The position numbers and the translations under genes were made by a program. A stretch of 64,000 bases of DNA from Perna viridis (lineage: Eukaryota), in contig CM074512.1 in the NCBI GenBank assembly GCA_037379345.1, positions 32,488,001-32,552,000 on the forward strand. Direction: 5' to 3'. This document shows positions 1 through 11,654 of the stretch, one piece after another. The notes under the pieces were generated by a model. It saw only the letters and a list, made by a program, of their open reading frames with translations, made no database searches and was not told the DNA's origin. Every line of letters begins with the position of its first letter. The first letter of the stretch is position 1.

Positions 1-3000
1 AGTTGTCAACAACAGTCACTCGAACGCCCTCGAAAAAAGTTTTGGGCATTTTTCGTCTAAGTGCAAACAGCTGTCCTGAGTACAAAGTGAGTACTGTAAT
101 TCTTTCTCGGTCGTATCCTTGCAATATTAGGTATCTACACAGGCCAACGACGTACTCTGCTTCATGTTCATTTGAGTGACTTTTTAAGTCCTCATCATCA
201 GATTCGAGATTTTTATGATCAATAAAAAACACATTATTGGCAACACCTTTGACATTTTCATAGTGTTTGACAACATCATCATCTCTTAGTTCGGGATATA
301 TTCGCCTCATCATTCTTGATATATCAGGTCTCATTCTGTGCTGAAACTGCAGACAATCGTATTCAAGCTTGTTGCATATCATTCTCTCAAAAAGAGATAA
401 TTCCAAATTAAACTTTGTGGCTAGCTTGTATACCGTGGGATTCGGTTTTAATTGTTGGTGATCCCCTATCAAAATAAGATGCTCGCATCGCCTGCTTAGT
501 GTAGTAACGATGTGAGCTTCCAAAACCTCTGCCGCTTCTTCGACAACAATGATGCGGGGTCCAATTTCTTGGAGAACTGACTGGTATCTTGCGGCACATG
601 TCGTTGTCAAACCAATTACAGTCGAATGACGCATAATTTCTCGGTCTTCTTGCATCAAAACCTCATTGTATTGTCTACACGCAACTTCAAATTGGTCTTC
701 TTTCCCACGTATCTTATCCTGAAGATTTTCGCAATATGCGTTTACCCAGTAACGATACAAACGCCACTTGTTCTTTTGTGACAATGTCCACATATCAAAG
801 TTTCTAGAAACTTCTGGTCCCGTCATTCGGTCATGAGACAAAAGCTCCCTCCTTATTGTTTTCTTCATTCTTTTCTTTTGATCTTTAGTCATTTGCCACT
901 GGCCCGCAGTGGTCGGTTTCTTGTCCTCTGCATCTAAGTTTGATACATCAAGGGCGACTAAAAGCCGTTGGGCGCCTAAATCGACCTGTTGTAACTGCTC
1001 TTGAAGGTCAGCTACGAGTGGGTCATCATCTTCCTCTATATCCAGGTCTTCAATGTCCAACTGTCTCATATTCATTTCTGCATCGAGTTCGTCTATCACA
1101 TTAATGAACTCGTCCATCAGTTCATCTTGTTCCTCTTCATTGTTGTTACCTTGGTTTTGTACGTTGTCGTGTCGAGCATTTACATTCTCCTGGTTTTCGT
1201 TTTGACCGACTGGTTCATCTTGCTCACCAACAAGCAGCATCTCACCATATCCAAGCCATTCCAATAGCGCCGAATGATGTTTCTTCTTATTCCACTCAAA
1301 TCCATAATTCATCATTTCTCTAACTCGGTATTCAAAACCAGATATCAATCGTGAGTAAAATTTTCCCATAACTACTTCTAAGCTGTCTTCGTGCAGAATT
1401 TCTCGTTTTGCCATTTCAATTCGTCCAGATATTTTGTTAATCTCATCTTGAAATGCTTTCATTTCATGTTTTGTGCGCATTCGTGCAAGATGTACTTCTC
1501 GTGGAACCTCCCGTCTCCTCCTCATTGCCATTCTCATGTTATTGATGTTTAATTGCTTCATTACCTCACTCGAGGAACGACTTCCCAACCGAAGTATGTC
1601 TCCTTTGAAAAATCTTAAAATTCCTTCTAGAAATTGATCAAGTGCGTGATTTGTATAGCAGACGACAAGTAAAGGTCGGTTGTCTTCAGCACCGAGGGCT
1701 GGGTCAGTATTCCACAAAGATCTATTATGGAGAAGTGCCTTAACGACCTTCAAACCAATGTACGTTTTTCCAGTCCCAGGTGGGCCTTGTATGATAGCAA
1801 ACTCCCTGGAAAGAGCGTTCTGAACAGCTCTATATTGCGACATATCTAAATGAAAAAGATCGGCTACTGGCCAGGTCTTTAAGTCGTCGACTTTAACTCG
1901 TCGAGCCCCAATTGACTTCGGGCTAAAGTTGTACGTCGTATCTCTTGCATCTTCTTCTCGGTTTCCAGGTATATTTTTGCGTCCTCGTAAGATTATCTCC
2001 TCATCTACAAGAGGCCTAAGGTCAAATCTTGCACTGGGGTTACGTCGTAAATATGCTGGTAGTGACATTTCTGGAATACACCTAACTATGTAATTCTCGA
2101 ACGGTAAGTCCCCCTCATTGACATTTTGTAACCCTTGTAAAACATGCCGGTATGCTTCGAAATACGCAGTCGTTTCGGCCATTACAAAAACGGTATCCTT
2201 TGGTATATTTGCAATAGTTCTATTGCTAGCTTCAAATTTTAAATCAATAAGACCTTTACGAATAGTCTTTATGTCTCTTTCAACAACAGTAGCAAATAAT
2301 AGGGTTTGGAAATTGTCTGACGACAGACAGACTAGGGATCCATATATTAGCCGTCTACTAGATTCCCAACGTATCCGTTTCATGCCTTTACAATCAAAAC
2401 TTATTCTCCGACACAACCCACTACTATTACAAACTGGACTGATTATCTGGACATCGTAATATATACGCAGTTCTTGAAGTCGTTTCGATGCTCGACCTGA
2501 CGCATGCATTGTTTCTATATATTCTTTTATACCTTCTCTCAGAGGTCCAATAAAATCCTCCCTAAGAAGTCGAAACTGTACGTCTAGGTAGTGTTCAAGG
2601 TTTTCGTATCCACCGGTTTTCTTGTTGCGTCTCAAGAAAGGCTTAGATTCAATCTGAACATCCGTTGTGTCTGGGAATATGGTTAATTCTCTAAAGTTGT
2701 CGGGAGGATCATCTTCATTGTCAACCTCTTGTCTTGTGTCTGTTTTTTTCTTAACCTGTCTCTTTAATGACTCTTCTTGAGCTTCTTTGTATTCCTGGTA
2801 CATATCCCACAGCTCGTCATCTATAACTTCACTAGACATCTCCCTTAAAGATGTCAAAGTTTGACCGATTATAGCATTGAGACCCATTATTGATATTATT
2901 GACTGTGGCATTTTTAGTCTGAAATCTTTGACGATTGCCATCAAGTCACGAAATGGTTGTTTGTAACTTATTTGTTTTTGAGGAGAGGTTTCATTCATTA

Positions 3001-3891
3001 CACTCATGATGTAAATAGATAAAGACATTTTGAAAAATATTGAGTCTTCTAGAATGACGAAAATTTGAATTATTGTTTCTTTAAGAGAATCGCACTCAGT
3101 TGCCTTAGCAATGCATCTCAAAAATAATGCCGTGAGATTCGCATCATGCTGTTTTTCATTTAATGCCTCTTTCAGTGCGTGAATGTACCTTCCTAAGGTT
3201 AAGGCAACTTCGTATGGCTTTTTATCCTTCAGTTCTTGGAGCCTTCGATAACCTAAAAGGAGTTTCCATGGAACATCTCTCTTGTTATCGTCTCTGCGTC
3301 GACCAGACCCCGGTTCCCCTCTTCCACCACGAAATGGACCACGTGGCTGACCAAGTCTCCTGAACAAAGGTAATTAACTTAGATCCAAATTTTATCCTAT
3401 TATGCATATGTAAATGTATACATAGAGTAAATATTATCAAGTCATGTATTTCATGCGATTTTCAAATTATGAAAAAAGTGTATGTTTTGTGTTTATTTTG
3501 TATTTTATTTGTAAAACTTTGATGCCACCAGTTCATCTCCTGCGTTTGTTTTGTGTTTTATGGTTCATTAAAAACATATTGTTAAGTGGAAATGATACTT
3601 AGATATAGCAATATATTAAATAAATATAATAATATAAATAATGACATAACGATACTGTATGAACTGTTTTTGAGTTGTTTCATCAATTTCCACCATTAAA
3701 GAACCAAATACTGCTTTAAGTCAGATAAGGGTGAGTACAGGTACTGTGCCCTTTATAAAATGATGCATAAAAGCAGTCTAAATTACTAACAGAACAAAAC
3801 ATGAAGAACTGTTATTTAGATATACAAGTACTACTTCTAATACTTGTAGATACCTACAGATAAATAATAATTACCTTGGTCTTTCGGCCAT
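1..3891 (-). CDS. ZNFX1: NFX1-type zinc finger-containing protein 1-like SF1 (UPF1-like) RNA helicase, 5' part; continues beyond window start
   Basis: Coding exons 3891-3875 (ATG GCC GAA AGA CCA AG|gtaa) and 3359-<1 (ttcag|G), phases compatible. Hand translation gives PPDNFRELTIFP..KPFLRRNK..HYLDVQFRLLREDFIGPLREGI (ZNFX1 signature), IIQGPPGTGKTYIG (Walker A, ~1755-1795), VVCYTNHALDQFLE, IIVVEEAAEVLEAH (Walker B), LILIGDHQQLKP, SLFERM, QHRMRP and VTVVDN at the edge. The motifs checked share one frame. It is missing from the ORF track, consistent with no in-frame stop inside the window. Confidence 0.95.
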
Positions 3892-4208
3892 TCCTCTTTT
3901 CTGTTCAATATGATTCCTTACTGTATTCCTGAAAAAAAAACATCATATTTTGCTTAACATTGTTGTATTAAAATATAATACTCAAAATACTGAGCTAGTT
4001 ATTTGAACATATGATATCTTAGACTTTAGGATTACTGGACGAACAAACCTGACATAAACAACATTACACATGTCAAAATAATAAACTTCCCATTCAAAAA
4101 ATGATTGTTCAAAATGAAGGGTTGTGAAATGAGTTGGCTTTGTTCGTAAGAAAATTTTAGGTATTTTAGCCCCTTGTATTATATTATTCCACTATTAGTT
4201 CTTGTGAG

Positions 4209-4220
4209 ACTTTCGCTTTG
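4209..4220. promoter_or_regulatory. ISRE/IRF-E-like motif upstream of ZNFX1 coding start
   Basis: ACTTTCGCTTTG resembles TTTCNNTTT(C). It is short and imperfect, and the TSS is not defined. Confidence 0.3.
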
Positions 4221-5099
4221 AACAAGAATTGATCAACTCATAATTCAACTGAAAGCCGCACCATCTCAGACTTTCATTAAGAAAATTAGCAATAGAATCT
4301 CTTCAAAAACAAGAAAACTAGGAGGGTAGACTTTACGCACTGCCAGGTTAAATGTTGTTTTTTTCTACGCCGAGTTGCTCGTGTTATTCGGTATAACAGT
4401 ATAGAGGACAAAACTATTGTCTTCCATTATTGTGATGATGCTAAACTCCATTTTTGTAATGATGCTAAACTATATCGTTTCTGCACATTACAAATTTTCT
4501 GCTTTTATGCAACATTAAATTCTGGCGCGTTTCTAACCATGCCTTGAGTAGCAAAATAACCATATCTGGACTAACTATTCTTTGCGGTTACTTAGTCTAG
4601 ATTGAAGACTTGATACGAATTTTAAGGGAAGTTATAATTACACTTCAAATTAAGAATAAACGGCCATTCTCATTCGAGCTACACACGTCGCACGGGTGTT
4701 ATTGGAAAGCGCATGAGAATTTTCATCGAGGTCAATTTGTATAGTAGTTTTGTTATTATACGGTGGAGAGAAAATGATGAAGATTTAATTTGTCTTGGTT
4801 CTACTTGTTCAATTTGATTAAACGAAAGATCAATTAATATAATAAATAAAATATTTCGCAGGGCACAGCTTGATACGAACGTATAGGTTAAACAATGAAC
4901 GGTTTGGGCAAGTATGGACACACTAATCAAACTTGACACAGCTTTGAATATTAATTGGGATTTGACATTTGACACAGAATAAAAAATTTGACCAGTACCA
5001 ATGTGATAACTTTTTCGACCTTATTCCTAGATGGTTCCAGGCAAAACTAATCCCAAACGTCCTGTGTAGATATGGCACCTTGTTGTACGATTTCAATGC

Positions 5100-5800
5100 A
5101 AACAATTCCCTTTCACTCTTGAAAGTTTTTGTCCAGATATCAGAAAAAATCTGCTGGAGTTGTTCCTTTGTCGGCCCTAATTCTTACCTGGCTGAAGTCA
5201 CAACCCCACTAATCAATCCCAGTCTTTCTTTTGTAGTATGACGCCTTGTATTAAACTTTACATGAGAATCATTCACTTTAACTCTCGTTATTCTACAGAC
5301 ACAAGGAAGGTGCTTGGTTCAGGCCCCTTTTAGTCTCTTATTTCTACAAAGATCAAGTCTATATCCCCAAAATCAATCTAAGTCTCCCTTTGGTAGTGTG
5401 GCACCATGTAATACAATTTCAAAGAGATACATTCACTAAACGTCAAGTTAATGTCTGGATATCACGAAAATACATGTAGTTCAAGTCATTGATCCAAGTC
5501 TGAACATTGCGGTATAGAATACTGTGGAACAATTACATCAAATACATTCCTATGCTTTATTGGAGTTATATAGTAATTCGCTATGAAAAGCTTGTTTTAG
5601 GCTCTTTTTGTTGCCCCTAATTCTTAAACGGTTGTTGCCAAAACCCCCAAAATCAATACCTACCTTCCTTATGGTTTGAAACTTATGAAGTTTTATAAAT
5701 ATCAACCAATCAATATTCAAATTATCACAAGGTCTACGAAAGACAGAGACGACATTACCATACCAATACAATACTGCATTTTTTTTTGGTCGTATAAAAA
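5100..5800 (-). repeat. Degenerate interspersed satellite-bearing (Helentron/HINE-like) repeat
   Basis: Recurrent diverged subunits (ggccctaattctta..aatcaatccc / gcccctaattcttaaacggttg..aatcaatacc). Boundaries approximate. Confidence 0.35.
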
Positions 5801-6711
5801 GGCATAGTTACGTGCTCGCATTTGTCGTTGGCTTTAAACCTTGAATTACTTGTTGGGAAGATATTTATTTACAGCACAAAATCACCTAATATAAATGGCT
5901 GAAAATAAATGTCAGACTGTTTTTGGCAAACAAGAAGACAGATCCATTTAATCGGGGGATACAATTTTATGAACTGACTATTTTCTAGTGCATTTTCTAA
6001 AGTGACATACAATAACTTAGACTTGTCCTCCACTATCGATATACAGTCATTTACCAGAGTTTTGCTGGTTGCATATTTTAAGTGGGATCCAGCCCTCTTG
6101 TGTAATTACATGCTCGTCTGCTGCTGTATGTGTTTCATATAACATTTTCAGGTAAATAGCATCAATCACAACCATCCCTTGATCACGATACAAAATGTAT
6201 GCAGCCCGTGCTTTTAATGGACACTTCTCGACTGTCGATTATGCAAGAAAGTGGGAGAGGTTAATTATGGCGAAGCCTGATAAAATAATCCACATGGATA
6301 TGTCTGTTTTTGCAACAGTTATTAAAAGTAACTGTAACATGTAAATAAGGGTTTAAAAATGTGTTTTCATTAAATGGAAAGAGCCGTAATTAATCTAAAG
6401 AAGTCATTGTAAAAAGTCACAGAACAGTTATCGTTATTTATCAAGCAGTCTTTATAAATATATCGGACAGCGATACATTTGTACATCCTTTAAAAAAAAG
6501 ATAAAACTGGCTTTTTCAAGAGGCATATTAATGTATTTATGGTTTGGTTGTTTCTTAAAACTATGATTTTTATATACCAAAACGACAATCAGTTCTGGTG
6601 ATCAAAATATTAAGCCTGCGTTAAAAAAAAACATGATGGACATGTTTTGTTTCTTTACCCGTAGCCTAGGTATCCTTCTATTAAATGTTGAAAAGAATTA
6701 TTTTGATTGTA

Positions 6712-6950
6712 CAGGCGCGTAGCTGCCGTTAGGCAAAAAAGCTTTTGCCTGCACTTAATTTTGCCAATTTTTTTTTATTTTAAAGATAAAATACATCCAG
6801 GAGAGGCATAAATGATGCTCTAAAACGCTATCTCCGTGGAGCTTCGGAGGGGGGCTTCGCCTCCTGGACCTGCTGGAGGGCCTTAAGCGGCCCCTAGACT
6901 CTCTGTCGTAATTTTGCCTACACTCCAATTTGGCCTCAGCTAGGCGCCTG
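6712..6950. mobile_element. MITE (non-autonomous DNA transposon)
   Basis: TIRs CAGGCGCGTAGCTG / CAGCTAGGCGCCTG (1 mismatch), flanked by direct repeat TTGTA on both sides. Confidence 0.75.
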
Positions 6951-7124
6951 TTGTAAATGCTGACGTATTTTAAAAGGAATGGATGAATGGCGTCATCGGT
7001 CGCCAATTTTGTTTATATTTTAATATTTCTGTGCAAAGGTGAAATTCATTTAATTATCTGCACCATGAGAACCGATTTATTCAACGTGTCATAGTTTTCC
7101 TTTCCTCTTTTGTCTACGCCGGAC

Positions 7125-7350
7125 TTGACTTTTTAAAAGCAATTTAGCGGATGTTTCTAGAAAAGCAGAGGACACTTAACCTACCGGTGCACCTGGTCTT
7201 TGCTCCGAGTTGTTCATTTACTTTGTTGCGTTGTACGTATTGATTTGGTTATTTCATGTTCCTTGTTGTGTGTGTCTGTTTCCCTGCTAAGTCTTTGTCC
7301 CAGGATTACATTCTTTCGATTTCTGCTAGTATCTTGGTTTCATTGGTTAC
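7125..7350 (+). repeat. Dispersed short repeat family, copy 1 (possibly a retroelement 3' remnant)
   Basis: Core AGAGGAC(A/G)CTTA(A/C)CCTACCGGTGCACCTGGTC followed by a T-rich tract. Related copies at ~18370, ~20600, ~28305 (-) and ~50900 (-). Confidence 0.7.
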
Positions 7351-8149
7351 TCAATATTTCTGGTTTTAGTGGGGAATGTCTCCTAAATAGCAGACCATTA
7401 ATCAGTTCTGTTTATTTCATTGTACATAGGTTGAAAATCAATTTTAAAATATATGAATCTAATTTTGAACGCATACACGGTTTTTTCGGGTGCACAATAA
7501 ATCACAACCAAAAAAATAATATACCAATTAAAATGTTAGTGAATACCTCTTGACCTGACCTTGATGACGAATGATCCACACGTGCATGTCATTATTCTTT
7601 GTTACAAATATGTGATGTAAAAGATTGCACCGGAAAAGGTAAAAACCTTGTTAAATGTTAAATGAATTGATACTTATATTAATAATTACTGTGTGTCTGC
7701 TTATTTTATAACTATGTTTAGAAATGTTTAGAAATGCCTCCTCTCGGGAGGAGTGCGATTCTTACTACAAGGCAGCATATGAGAATGTGTAGTTAGGATT
7801 GTCTTAAAGAGAAGACATGGACATCATCAATACAAAAGGTTGGTCTGATTTGGGTTCTTACACCAGTACTTGTACAAGTATGCTCCCCTTTTCTCTTTTT
7901 ACAAAATATTATTGTTTATCCTTTATACATCGTTTATTTATTCATACATAAATTGGTTTTCAATAAACAGCGAAAATGTGCTTGTTTACTATCACTGACA
8001 AAAATGGGGGTTTATACCGACGTTTCAATGTCCAAAAAGAGAGGGAGAATTAAGGTTACGTTGAAATGTAAAAGGAAATTCGGGCTTTGGTACAGAGTCC
8101 TGGTTTCGTCCTAGTAAGTATATGAATAGGTAGGGTTCAAAATCTGCAG

Positions 8150-9580
8150 CGGAAAGAGTATATACCTATGTGAATTACCAGTCAGCTGAAAATGTCATAG
8201 GATATGCCGTAAAAGCCTCATGCATAAACAAGCGAAACTTACCGGTAAATGGGGAAATCATAGAGCATTTCAAAAGCACCGTAAAGAGAATTTAGAAGAT
8301 TGGGAGAGTGGGACTACACGAACAAGATCATTGAGAAAGGATTAGAGCAAAACAATACAAAATCTTTCTGGAAATATATCAAATACAAAAAAGAAGAAAG
8401 TATTAGTGCATCACCTCTCAAATCATCTTGTAAACTACACAATGATAACTTGCATCTAAGAAATTGTGTTACAATTCAGCTTCGTGTTTACAAAAACAGA
8501 TAACAGTAGCATGCCATCAGTCACTAAAACAAGCATATGCCTATTATATTAACGGTTTCTGGACACCAGTACGTATACTCTACCGCCCGACTGGGTGAAT
8601 GCAAACGTCTTACCAATACTCAAGATGGGAGACCGTCACTTAGCCGAAAACTATAGCCCGGTATCACGGACTTCAGCCCTCCAAATCCTGTGATACTGAA
8701 CTGGCAGTAATAATTGACGACTTTTCTAGAAATTTTGATCAAAAACTATCAAAAATCAAAAATTAAACTGATTTTATAATATTGGATTTTTCAAAGGCAT
8801 TCGATGCAGTGCCGCACGACAAACTCTTTTCATAAACTATAAAACTACGGAATCAGAGGACCACTCCACTTATGGATAGAGTCGTTCTTATATACACACC
8901 AATTGAAAGGAGTGGTGGAGGAAGAGACATCATCCGAAGCCACGGTGTTCTGCAGGGTACAGTGTAGGGACCTATTCTATTTCTGTGCCACATTAATGAT
9001 CTTCTTAAAGCTGTTACATCTCAAGTATCCCTTTCTGCTGTCGACGACTGCCTTCTATACCTACGTAGACGATCACTGTCCGACCAACTCAAACTTCAGA
9101 AATACCTTCAAGACCTAGAAATATGGGCCCATAAGTGGGGAGTGAAATTCAACGCCAAAAAAAGTGCTCTGTTCTTAACATAAAACACAGACTTCAGTAC
9201 ATGTAGGCATTTGATAACACCATCGGTATCCCATACTTAGGCTTGATGATATCAGAAGATCTAAAATGGAGCACCCATATTAACAACATCTGCAGCAAAT
9301 CTAGCTCGACTTCGGGATTCCTACGCCGTAAACTCCGTCATCGTAAATGCAGGAAAATGCTTAACTCTCCTTAGTTCGCTCTACATTAGAGAATGATTAA
9401 ATAATTTGGGTCCCCTTCCTCAAAAGTGTTATTGACAAGATAGAGCCTCTACAAAAACGAGTCGCACGGTTCATCTGTTGTCACTACAATAAAGTCAGTA
9501 TAACATAGTTCCGTCACTACTATGCTCAGGTATCCGTCACTACTATGCTCAGGTACCTGTACTTGCCAATCCTGGCCTAC
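8150..9580 (+). pseudogene. Decayed non-LTR retrotransposon (CR1/L2-group LINE) reverse transcriptase
   Basis: Frameshifted fragments KSFWKYIK, DWVNANVLPI..ENYSPVS, ILDFSKAFDAVPHDKL, YGIRG..WIESFL, DDCLLY, WAHKWGVKFNAKK, YLGLMISEDLKWSTHI, SLVRSTLE. Internal deletions present. Confidence 0.85.
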
Positions 9581-10784
9581 AACAGCAAAGTAAAGGTGCT
9601 ACGCTTGACATTGAGCAAGTCAGCCAAAACAAACGTCGATTACGTACGTACATCTCGTTTTAGTGACTTTTCCAGAAAGTGATAATAGCATAGCATGTCA
9701 TCAAATAAACCATAATAAGTGTTCTTAAAAACTTTTACATTGTAACGAACTTCATTATATTATTTTCATTTTTTGCATTTACTAATTTATTATTTTGCCC
9801 ATAGTTTGAAATAGATGATGTAGTTCACAAATATCTTTGCATTTTTTTTAAGGTAAGTAATACCCGCTCAATGATTTTCCCGCCAAACAGGTGCGTATAA
9901 GCACGGGTGATTTATAGTATACAGGTAAAGCGGTTAGGCAGAGCACATTTAGATTTTGAAGTGACTGGACGTGTTGAAGAAAACAACGTAAATATTGTCA
10001 AATGCTATCGTCCTAGTTTTTGACACAGATCTACCTAAATACCGTATGTTAATGTCAGTTTTGTACGGTGAACAACGACCCATATTTCCGTAATTTAGCG
10101 GATGGTGTAATATTTAGTCAGCGATAGTTGGTGTTAATTTAGCTGGGATGTTGCATTAATATATTCTACAGTTCCATTTGTTACACAGTGAAATTTGCTG
10201 AATTTAGTTTTCCGTCGGTGTATATGGTGAAATGTTGAAATATTGTGTGGACGTTCAGCACAAGAATTGTGTTAATTATTTCTGAAATTTATATTGGCCG
10301 AAAAGTGTGTATTGGTCAATTTGAATGATAAATTGGGTTGATTTATATGAGAAATGAAAATTATAGTGTGCCATGAGAATCAGAAATGAATATATATTGA
10401 AATGGTGAAATTTAGTTTGAATTTATATTGGAAGTCTACAGAAATCGTTGCGTCCTAGATTTTGACCATCGATTATGGTGTACCGTAGAAGCTATGGTGA
10501 GAGATGATGATTGAATAATCTATTAGATTTTACTACACCAATTTTTAGTTTGTTTACTGTGTGTGAACTGTGACTTTTGTTTGCTTACATACTTTCATTT
10601 GCATGCCCATTTACTTATGTTCATTTGCATGTTGTATATATATATATATATGTTTAGTTTTGTTTGATTTGTTCAGTTTATTTAGTTTTAGTAAAATATT
10701 ATTTTTTGCTTTTGTCTCTATGAATGCTGGCCAACTGACAATCCGACTATCTTACGTCTTTACATACATGTAACACATGCATGT

Positions 10785-10900
10785 TCAGCCATTTATAGAA
10801 ACTCTTTTTCCCCGAAAACTGTACAAGAGTGGAACAAGCTGGACGAAGGACCAGCCATCAGAAGCATTCCGGGCAGGTTTGCGCAAATAAAACACCGAGC
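10785..10900 (+). pseudogene. Displaced 3' end of the same LINE ORF2
   Basis: NSFSPKTVQEWNKL matches the C-terminal SFFPRT..WNxL motif of CR1/L2-group ORF2, followed by AATAAA. About 1.2 kb of unrelated sequence separates it from the RT part. Confidence 0.6.
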
Positions 10901-11594
10901 GCTCTTCCCCGTCTTTAAAACAGGGACGGATCCAGACACTTTGAAAAGGAGGAATGTCAGCTAGGGTTCCTCAGAAAAATGGGCATGGTAGAACATTATT
11001 GACCATTTTGTTGGTCAAATTTACGCATGCAAATGACATACTTTCTAATAAAAAGGAGGGGTGCCAACCCCGCACTCCCTTTTGATCTGCGATATCCGCA
11101 ACCAACACAACATCCTACTTTACATAAAAACGAAAGTTGCCGGGCTGCATATACATGATATTTGTATGATTGTGGAAGCACGCCATTAGCAAAGCCAGGG
11201 CTTTTGTCAAATTTAAAGGACTTACCTGTTTTACTAACACAATTCCAAGGGATATACCTGTATTTCAACTGAACATTTCTGTTTGCATCTATGCAACTAT
11301 ATTACGTCATAAATGATAATTTTTCGGAAAACACCTACTAAGTCTACTTTCTGTTTCAATTTATCTAGAAATTTTCACAGATAAATATAGCGACATGACA
11401 TATTGGATGCCAGAAAATGTTTTTGCTTTCGTTATAATATATATTAGTTTTGAAGAAAAGTGAAGATGCGTGTGGAATATTACTGAATAAAAAGTAAAAT
11501 GTTTCATTCATACGTTCAAAATCGACATATAAATCCTACCTTGGTTCTAAGTTTAACAATCCATCGTAGCTTCCGCTGCGCAACGAACGTAATT

Positions 11595-11610
11595 GAAAGT
11601 GAAACTGAAA
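11595..11610 (+). promoter_or_regulatory. Triple-GAAA ISRE/IRF-binding element
   Basis: GAAAGTGAAACTGAAA = GAAANNGAAANNGAAA, 45 nt upstream of the predicted EPSTI1 ATG. Confidence 0.7.
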
Positions 11611-11654
11611 GAAGATTTTTTAGGAAATCCAAAATAAAAACAAATCTTTTCATT

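Noticed and set aside
408-3363. Short ORFs 408-599, 1001-1267, 2118-2459 and 3163-3363
   Set aside because: Out-of-frame or antisense shadows of the ZNFX1 exon.
11499-11654. N-terminal extension of EPSTI1 from the ATG at 11499
   Set aside because: The extension spans the ISRE/promoter-like region; the ATG at 11655 is the more plausible start, though this is unproven.
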